Shown here piece after piece: positions 54,666 through 64,000 of a stretch of 64,000 nucleotides of DNA. Numbering within the stretch: position 1 is the first letter of the stretch; the number at the start of each line of letters is the position of its first letter. The translations under genes and the position numbers were made by a program. Below the pieces are notes generated by a model that searched no databases, had not been told where the DNA came from, and saw only the letters and a program-made list of their open reading frames with translations. Source of the DNA: Eledone cirrhosa (lineage: Eukaryota); contig OZ024740.1 in the NCBI GenBank assembly GCA_964016885.1, positions 368,032,001-368,096,000 of the forward strand, in the 5' to 3' direction.

Positions 54666-55311
54666 ATATATATATATATATAAATCTGTATTCCAATGTA
54701 ACTAAGTAGTCGCATTGGATATGGGTTTCGGTTTCTATAATAATAGTACTAAACAGTGTTTTTTGGACCCCTTTAGAAATAACCTGCTACTATAATAGCC
54801 CCAGTAACTTGTCTGTAATTCTGTACTACTTTGACCCCTTTAACTAAATTTTGTCCAAACAACACCACTAGAAGAATTTACTTCCCCCGCCAACCCTAAC
54901 ACGCCTCATTAAGCTAACTGCTGCCAAAACATTTCTCCTTACAATCTCTACTACTCTGACAGTCTTAAATCCTAAGACTCCATCCCCCTTACTCGCTTCC
55001 CTCTTCCTCTTCCCTTCCTACCTCCTCCTTTCTCTTATATCTAGTGTATAAAATATTTTCATATCATTCTACTACAAAGGTCTGACGACATGGTGTGTTT
55101 TCTTACAGTGTACCTACGATTTATGATAATATTTTTATATTATTCAAATAGCGAGGTATAGGTAACCCATACACTATAGAAACAATTGTTACCTAATAAA
55201 TATTTATACCCGCATTTCCGTTTCATAAACTTCTTCTTTATATATATATATACATAATTATATATGTGTGTGTGTGTATGTGTGTGTATAAATATATATA
55301 TATATCACTAT

Positions 55312-56354
55312 CTAGGGCGGGTAAAATTCCTGAGATCCATGGACGAGTTCTCTCCAGCGGTCTCTGATCCTCATTATCGCAGCCATGTCCTGCGTCTCCA
55401 ACATACCAGAGTCTGTCCTTAGGGCATAAACAAATATTAACCTTGGTCTTCCTCTTCTAGTGTGTCCATGTAGGGTCTCCCACAGGAGCACTGAGTGCAA
55501 TGTCAACTCTGGATGTCAGTGAGCATGTCCAGCTAACCTCAATCTCCTCTGTGTCACTTTTGAGCTGACTTTTGGGAGGCTCCCATACAGCTCTGAGTTT
55601 TTCATCCTCAGTGTATACTGATTAATGTTCAGAGCCATCCTCAGCATTCTCGTGTAGCACCCATCCACTATCTGAGTGAGTTTCTTGGTCAGTGTCCAAG
55701 TCTCAGACCCGCACAGACTGCACTACAGCAATGAAGAGGCGGATTTTCAGGTCTTTACGAAGGTCCGACTTCCACACCGATCTCAAGCTGTGGCACGCCG
55801 CCCAGGATTTGCTCAACCTCTCAACCACATCAGCTTCCGTATTCCCAATCTTTGCTCGCAAATACAGGAAGCCCTCAACCAATTCTAGCGGGTTCCCGCC
55901 TACATTAGTGATCCCCTCTGGCTTCTCAACATTCTCTACCAGATATTTTGTTTTAGTCTCATTCATTCTCAGCCACACACTCATCGACGCAATCTCAACA
56001 TCCCGCATCAAATCATCTGCCTCCTTCACAGTATTTGCCACCAAAACTATCTCGTGGACCGTTACTGCCTGATGAAGATATTACAGGCTTATGGAATCCC
56101 CAAGAAAATAGTGGACCTGATATCACTGCTCTACACCAACACTGAAGCCCAAGTCATTACACCTGATGGGATGACAGAGTTCTTTGAGATACTGGCTGGA
56201 GTGCTCCAGGGAGATACATTGGCTCCCTAACTTTTTATCATCGTAGTGGACTATTGTATGCGCCTTGCACTGGAGAAATACCAGGACTCTGGCTTTACTG
56301 TAGCACCGGCTGAGAGCAGGAGAGTTAAGGCGAAACATGTATCAGATGCTGAAT
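55312..56354 (-). mobile_element. RTE-like LINE, 5'-truncated with 5' inversion (55312-56058 minus; 56059-56354 plus)
   Basis: Plus part: AYGIP, GVLQGDTLAP*LFIIVVDY; minus part: MNETKTKY, FLYL, HGHTRRGRP. Confidence 0.88.
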
Positions 56355-56365
56355 ATGTATGTATG

Positions 56366-56427
<62 letters not shown>

Positions 56428-56429
<2 letters not shown>

Positions 56430-56643
56430 AATAATAATAAATTAAAAGACTAAAATCCAAAGAGGGCTCCATAAGGATAATTATATATCAAATATATAAG
56501 AACCGTAGAGCAAATATTTATTAAAATAACAGATTAAAGTTTAAGCAAAGAATCGCTGCTTTCACCCTTAACGGTATCTTCTGAAATTTCAGATCCCGTT
56601 AAGGGTGAAAGCACCGATTCCTTGCTTAAACTTTAATCTGTTA

Positions 56644-56650
<7 letters not shown>
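56428..56650. mobile_element. Family A minimal foldback (long end left, short end right)
   Basis: HHR minus 56538-56586; plus copy 56587-56632 with core deletion. Confidence 0.9.
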
Positions 56651-56716
<66 letters not shown>

Positions 56717-56723
<7 letters not shown>

Positions 56724-56900
56724 TCTACTTTTGGTACAAGGCCAGCAATTATTTCAGTGTATTACTGGTACTTTATTTTATCGACCCCGTAAGGATGAAA
56801 GGCAAAGTTAACCTCGGCGGGATTTGAACTCAGTCCGTAAAGGGACGTAACTGTGCTGCAAAGCATGGCGTCCGACCCTCTACCGATACTGCCAATCCCC
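56717..56900 (-). mobile_element. SINE inside a TA tract
   Basis: Same family, full length. Confidence 0.9.
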
Positions 56901-56945
56901 CGATATATTGTTATATATATATATATATATATATTGTTATATACT

Positions 56946-57357
56946 AAAAGCCATGGGTCCGAAAAGCCATGGGTCCAAGAAACCAGAGACAGAGAAGGCG
57001 GCGGCTGGCTGTGAAGCTAGTTGGTCAGCCGCCTTCTCTGTCTCTGGTTTCCCGGACCCATGGTTTTTTGGACCCATGGCTTTTTACAAATTCCTTTGTT
57101 ATATTCCAATACCTGATGAAATCACCGGATTCATATGGAACCCGGTCATTGAAATGATCATAGTTTAATAAACCTTTCAAGGATTTACACCATTCCAGCC
57201 TCCTGTTACTTCATTTATAATTAACTCCGTATTCGCACCACCAACTACACAAACGAGGATGGGTGAACTGCATTGCGTTGAGTACTCTTCGCAATCTTAC
57301 ACCAGGATTGATCATACGGAATGACCAGTACTATCCTATGGTGAACCAACAAACCTT
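56946..57357 (+). mobile_element. Family D element with a 5' foldback (56946-57085 palindrome)
   Basis: Homologous to 17965-18300; HHR at 57109-57166. Confidence 0.8.
57109..57166 (+). ncRNA. Type I hammerhead ribozyme, family D
   Basis: atac CTGATGA aatcaccgg...ccggtcatt GAAA tgatca TA gttt. Confidence 0.75.
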
Positions 57358-57362
57358 AAGAA

Positions 57363-57485
<123 letters not shown>

Positions 57486-57997
57486 TGGTGGCAGGAGGGA
57501 TGAAGAAAAAACACACACTGGATACTTCTAAATTGTTAGCAGCAGCAAGATATAAGCTGACCACAACACCAACAACACTTCCAAAATAATGGTAGAGGTC
57601 AAATGTACTGAAGAATAGCAAACAAAAACACTAAAGGGAGCCTCACCCCAGAAAGAATTATATAGACTTCTGAATGAGGAATGCTCTCAGAACTGACCAA
57701 TGGGAAGTTTGACACTTTTTTTGTTATTTTGTTCCTTTAACACCTTGTCCCTTCTAACATTTTATCAATTTTTTAAGCTAACACCAACAATAACAACACT
57801 TAGAATGAGGAATGTTCTAATAACTGACCAATGAGAGGAGAAGAGGATCTTTGACACGGAAATTCGTTTGTTTGAATTCATATGATTCCAGTTCCTCAAT
57901 GAAATAACAACCCAACCAGGAACTGGGCATATCAGAGTATTGACAATATTACACACCTCAACAACATATGTACTTGTCTATACCATATTAATTCAAA

Positions 57998-58050
57998 CTG
58001 CCTGAAGAGGTCTCAGCCAGAGATGGCTGTCACTGAAATATATATAGCAG
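57998..58050 (+). ncRNA. Type I hammerhead ribozyme, family F (element about 57480-58200)
   Basis: ctgc CTGAAGA ggtctcagcc agagat ggctgtcact GAAA tatata TA gcag. Confidence 0.85.
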
Positions 58051-58194
58051 AAATAAACGAAGCTAAATTTTAATCATTTGAGTTTTTATTTAACTTTATT
58101 TTACACTACTCCGGAGTAACCAAACCAACCTGCGCACTTCGTCGAGCGCTCCAGCCTGCATACTTAGGTGTTGGTATACAACCAACATAAACTC

Positions 58195-58297
<103 letters not shown>

Positions 58298-58384
58298 GAA
58301 TGTGTGAATTCCATGTATAAAATACATTTAAGATTACCTATTATTAAATGTACATCATGTTTAACTATCTTCGTTTCTCATCTA

Positions 58385-59037
58385 AATCCTACCCGCAGCC
58401 TCAGCCTCAGCCGCAGCCTCAGGTATTCAGGACGTATCGGAGGGTTCTTGCTGTTCCAAGCAAGCATGCCTTTTGAAGTGTTCCAAAAAGCTGGGCTGGA
58501 CTAATCTTCTTTAACCATCCTTGGAAACACTGTGAGATAGTACCTAGTGCGCCTATGACAATCGTGACGACCTTGATTTTATGACAGTTCCAAATCCTTT
58601 TTAATTCTCACTTTAAATATTGGTATCGGTTAATTTTCTCCCTCTCCTCTCTTGCACTCTCGTGTCAAATGGGCAGGCTACATCCACAATGAAGCAGGGT
58701 CTTTTTTCCTTGTCCAAAACAACCATGTCAGGCGTATTGTGTTCTCATTTTTTGTCCGTCTGTATCCTAAAATCCCATAGCATCTTCACCTGATCGTTTT
58801 CTATCACCGACTCTGGCTTATGCTGATACCATTTCTCAGAATGTGGTAAATTGTTTACGTTGCATAGATGCCAGTGGATCACACTGCTCATCACATCATG
58901 TCTCCAGCCTTTATAATGAGTCTGGGCTAGGTGTATACACTCGGATAAAATGTGAGACACAGTCTACTCTCTCTCTCCACAGACCCTAAACAGTGAGCTA
59001 GCCTCCTCCTTGTCAATATGGTGTTACACCCACTTCG
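58385..59037 (-). mobile_element. R4/Dong LINE, 5'-truncated second copy (CCHC plus restriction-like endonuclease)
   Basis: HILSEC..RHDVMSSVIHWHL..LWDFRIQTD; paralogous to 59100-59730. Confidence 0.88.
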
Positions 59038-62000
59038 TTATTATTATTATTATTATTATTGTTCTTTAACTGGAAAGTTTGTTGAAATGAATATCAAGCC
59101 ACTACCTGCAGCCTCAGATTTTCAGGTCCTATCGGAGGGATCTTGATGTTACCAGCAAGCATGCCTTTTGAAGTGTTCCAAAAAGCGGGGCGGGACCAAT
59201 TTTCTTTAACCATCCTTGGAAACTCTTTGAGATAGTACCCAGTGCGCCTATGACAATCGGGACCACTTCGACCTCATGTCAGTTCCAAATCCTTTTTACC
59301 TCCCTCTTTAAATATTGGTATCGGTTAATTTTCTCCCTCTCCTCTCTTGCACTCTCGTGTCGAATGGGCAGGTAACATTCACAATCAGGCACGATCTATT
59401 TCCCTTGTCCAAAACCACCAGGTCAGGTCTGTTGTGTTCCAGTTTCTTGTCCGTCTGTATCCTAAAATCCCAGAGCCCTTCACCTGATTTTTTCCATCAC
59501 CGAATCTGGCTTATGCTCTTACCACTTCGCAGAATGTGCTAAATTGTTTACTTTAAATAGGTGCCAGTGGATCACCATGCCCATCACAACATGTCTCCAG
59601 CCTTTATAGCGAGTCTGGGCTAGGTGTTTACACTCGGATACAATGTGAGCCACAGTCTCTTCTCTCTCTCCACAGATCCTGCACAGTGGGCTAGCCTCCT
59701 CCTTGTAAATATGGTGTTTCAGCCACTTCATTTTGAGGACCTGATCTTGCGCAGCCATTAGCAGCATTCCTTCTGTAGCCTTTTTAAGGTCTCCTCTTTT
59801 CAACCAGTTCCATGTTTGTGGATATCTAAATTCAGTTTCCTCAAAGAAGGTACTATGAAGGGATTTTTCATGAAGGTTGCTCTTTCTCCTTATTGTTATT
59901 TCCTCCTTGGAGATCCCCTGGTCTATTGTCCTCTCCTTCAGTACAATACTGAGCATTGGCTCGTTACTATAAGTTACGTATTTGTGTAGGTTGTTTTTAT
60001 TCATCTGAACACAGCCCTCTATGCTGATAAGACATCTTACACCTTCAAATCTCCTTAAGTAGAGTCTATCGACATCACTCCTCTTGTGAAACATGTTGTA
60101 GATAATCAATAGCTTCCTAGTCTTCCTATCCATTTCTTTTTGTTCAGCAACATTCCATCTCAGAATTCCCGCACTGTACCTAATAATAGACACGGCTCGG
60201 GAATTTACTCCACTTATGGCATTCCTACTGTTCAGATGTGATTTTAATACGCTCCTTACTCTCCGAATGTATTCAGATCTTATCAATTCCTTCATTTTTT
60301 TGTTCTTGAAGTCATCAGCCTCCAGATCACCTAAATATTTGTATCGTTCTTCAGTGTCATTTTCCTTTATCATCTCACCTGTTGGTACCTGGATTCCGTT
60401 GCTTCTGCTCAATTTATCCCTCATCATCACAAGGACTCCACACTTATTAATACCAAATTGCATACATATATCATTGCTGAAAATACGGACAGTGTCAACA
60501 AGCACATCCAACTCCTTCCCACTCTTCCCGAAGAGCTTAAGATCGTCAATGAAGAGAAGGTGATTGATGGTAAGCTCTCCCTTTCCCAAATTGTATCCTA
60601 GTCTCACTTTTCGCAGTATAATGCTAAGGGGGATCAGGTCAAGAACAAACAACAGAGGGGACAAACTATCTCCCTGGAAGATACCTCTCTTGATCTTTAC
60701 GCCTCCCAAGGATTCTCCGCCCGATGTTAACTCTGTTTTCCAGGACTTCATACTTTTGCTCAACAATTGTCTGATGTTATCTGCCACCTTGAAGATCTCT
60801 AGGCCTTTGGTTATCCAAGAATGAGGTACCATGTCGAATGCCTTTTTGTAGTCTATCCATCCCATAGCAAGACCAGCGTGTCTCCTGCAATTCCTCATTA
60901 CCATCTTATCAATATGTAACTGGTCCTTTGTACCACGGAACTTATTGTGGCATCCTTTCTGTTCGTCCTGTAACAAGCTGTTTATGTGGAGGTGATGGTA
61001 GATTTCCTCAGACACAATGCTTGTTAACAGTTTCCACATTACGGACAGACATGTGATAGGTATATAGTTGGTAACATCATTACCCTTGGTTCGGTCTTTT
61101 ATTACCAGAACTGTGGTACCTTTTGTCAACCACTCTTGTACCTCACCTGACATCAAGCAGTCATTGAACATGGTTGTCAGTTTCGGGTGGAGGATGTTAT
61201 ATTTTTAATCCAATACCCCTGCACGCCATCTGGGCCTGGTGATTTCCAGTTGGTTAGTTTTCTGGCCCGTCCTTTAAGAGTTTCAACTGTGATACTCAAA
61301 TCGGTTTGTTGGTGAGCCTGTTCACCAATCTCCTTTTGTACTGTCTCAATCCACACTGCCCGATCATTATGTTTAACATCCTGCTCCCATATTCCTCTCC
61401 ATAATGCCTTAGTTTGTTCCGCATCAAGTATCAAGTCGTTGGCTCTTTCTTTCCCCTCAAGCTTTCCAAACAACATCTTCTGGTTGTTGTCAAACATGCG
61501 GTTCTGTCTATACCGACTGACTGTGCTCTCGTATCACCTAATCTTTGCGCTCTTTGCTACAATGCGTTGCCTCAGTTCCTCTATGATAATATTTAGCTTT
61601 TTCCTCCTAGTTTTGTACTTTATTTCCAGTCTATTTTTAGTGTCTATGTTTTGTAGTGTCCCATGCAGTAGGCACTCAAACTTTCCAATGTCATTTCTCA
61701 TTTCCTTGTTTTGACCATTCAGTCGTTTCTTCCACCAAGGTTCTGATCTTTCTTGTTTTTTGTTTCCTCTCGCTTTTTTGCTGTTGCTTTGAGAATATTG
61801 TTGCACTGGTGAAGGTTCCTCGCCTCAAGGTATGGAATGGTTTGATTACCTTAGCTGTTGTTTCTTTTAACTTTTTTCTGTCTACATCTCTTAGGTTCAT
61901 AGGTTTCCCACTATCATTGTTCATTTCATCTACCACTAAGATTAGGATATCAACCAAATCTTGTCCTAGCCCGTCAGCATTCATTTCGATAATGGCCGTT

Positions 62001-62520
62001 CCAGATGTTATTTATTTCAGCATTCAGATCATTTTCTGCTTCGGATGCTTCCTCCGTTCTCTCAACCTCTTCACATTCATTTCCCACTGGCTCGTTTGTC
62101 TGGCATACTCCACTCTCCATTTCTAACCTAATCTCTCTGCTCAATTCCTCCAGTTCCAACTCGCTTTTCCATCCGTTAGTTCTTATTACCCGAGCCTGCC
62201 CGGCCATTTTTTGTTCATCTAATTTAAATAGACCAATCTCGTTCTAGATGTTATGCATCCGTTTCCTATAGCCTTTTTCCTTTGGGTTACTCTTCAGGTA
62301 ACATTGCATAACAGTTCTATTCAATTCTTTCATCGAGTTGGTTCTTGTCCCTTTCCTTCTTCTTCTTCCTCCAACACCAGCAGTATTTAGATGACAGCTA
62401 GGTCCCTGCTGCTGAGCCAGGGTGCACTTGCTGGGTGAGAGTCTGTCACATGACGTTCCAGTCTCCTCTTCACCGTTATTCAAACTGTTTAGGTTCGACA
62501 TTTAAACACTCATATAGAGG
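59038..62520 (-). mobile_element. R4/Dong-clade non-LTR retrotransposon, near full length, decayed, ending in (TAA)n
   Basis: N-terminal VMQCY..GYRKRM; SPGPDG, DYKKAFD, GIFQGDSLSPLLF, FIDDLKL, CRICGEREETVAHIVSEC, RPDLVV; TAA tract at 59038-59060. Confidence 0.93.
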
Positions 62521-62949
62521 ATTGGTGAATGTATGGTTACATAATCACCGGTGATTTCACCACCCTCGGTGATGTTAGCGTGGCACCATCACGCTGTAAA
62601 CGAACATAAATAAATAAACAAGTAAGTAGATAAAAAACTTTAAAAAATAAACATGTTTCATTGTAATGTTTGAATGTCTGACTTAGTTTTTTTTTTTTGT
62701 TTGTGTGTTTTTTCTCTGCGTTTTTCGTTTTTCAAGGCCAGTAACATCGGTTGCTAGTGTTGTTATTGCTGCTGCTGCTGTTTTTGATTTTAGCTACGTG
62801 GGAAGTAGGGGTTGTTTCGTTCAAAACTTTTGAAAGTTGTTTTTGTTGTTGGATGTGTTTTTCTCTGTGTTCTGTTCTATAATCTTTCGACTTGTTGCTT
62901 ATTATTATTTTTATTATATTATAGTTCAGATTTGACATCGTTTAAACTA

Positions 62950-64000
62950 AACATTTTGAGTGAGTTTAGAGATACAAAAACAATAATAACAACAGCCACA
63001 ATAACAGTAACAACAGCAACAGTATCACCGAAAGCAACAACAACACCAACAACAGTACCAATGAAAACATCAACAATGACATCGATACCTGTAACAGCGA
63101 GTAAGACTAGTAGCGGCAGCAATAGTGGTGCTGCTGAAAAAGGGACCACTTCTTTTGCAGGTGTCGCCCGAAATATCGAAACAGTGTTAGTCACAGAGGA
63201 GTAAATGGCAGTAGCAAGGGTCATGGTGACAAGAAGCGCCAATAGAGTCTCCCTGAAACCTCCACCCGATTTTTTCAAGGACCAGCAACTATGGACGGTG
63301 ACTTACCGCACCGTAAGCAAAATCTCACATCGGGTGCAGAGAGCCACGAAGGCTCAAATCCAAAAGGCCTTGGGGTGCATCTGGGCACGCAAAACCCACA
63401 TCACCCGAGGCACAAAGTACGCAACTGTAGACGTACTTTTCGCCCCCCCCCCCCCCCAGAAGCGAAGTCTCACTCTTTGGAAACCCTAAAGAAAACCCGG
63501 GCAGAAAATTGTGAGGGTCAAAGTGACCCAAATCCCACTCTACGTGCCCATACCTTGGCTGGCCGCGTCTGTCCTTGCTGGAATCGAGGACAGGACAACC
63601 ATGCTGCAAGTAGAGAAAATAGGGAGAGAGACCTGGTCAGGAATAGGCATGCAAATGCTAATACAAACTGACCAGGAATGTATCGAGGCTATCCCCGATA
63701 TCATAGACGTCGAGGAAGGAGTCCAACTCCCTATAAGCGTAGAAGGGAGACGGCCAAAATGTTATCTATGTGAGTCAAAGGGTCACCTCAGGGCCTTTTG
63801 CCCGCAGAAGACAGCGAATAAGAAGGCCCCGCTCCTTCCAATACCTGGTCCGCTGCTACCAAGAGCAGGGCAGGCAACAAACGCAGAAGCCCCTTCCACG
63901 ATGAGTAGGAGGGCAACGTCCATGGCACTCGTACCAAGGCCACGGACGACTAAAGCAGCAGCATCAGAGGCGGCAACACCAATAGCTACATTTGCAGTAT
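62950..64000 (+). pseudogene. Gag-like ORF1 of a non-LTR element (L1/Tx1-like), two in-frame stops, runs off the window
   Basis: One frame with TAA at 63202 and 63487; zinc knuckle CYLCESKGHLRAFC at 63760-63801 after VEGRRPK. Confidence 0.75.

Noticed and set aside
56069-56080. CTGATGA motif
   Set aside because: Lies in RT coding sequence without hammerhead stems

Overview
Repeat-saturated, AT-rich animal genomic DNA. The tRNA-derived SINE resembles those I know from octopod cephalopods (inference, not a database result). Most ORFs in the supplied track are microsatellite artefacts. Recognisable content: a near-full-length decayed RTE LINE (8.1-12.0 kb) with non-autonomous derivatives; a decayed R4/Dong LINE with a tandem 3' copy (58.4-62.5 kb); a gag-like ORF1 running off the right edge; about a dozen SINE copies; several older LINE fragments; and a few possible host exons on the minus strand. 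The main signal is a dense set of Penelope-like (PLE) and non-coding elements sitting in (TA)n tracts and carrying type I hammerhead ribozymes (HHR) from at least six unrelated families. Many insertions share one architecture: two arms in inverted orientation with both 3' tails pointing outward into the (TA)n, one tail short and one long. One family has a fixed non-canonical core (CAGAAGA instead of CUGANGA). Structures were folded by eye and boundaries are approximate.
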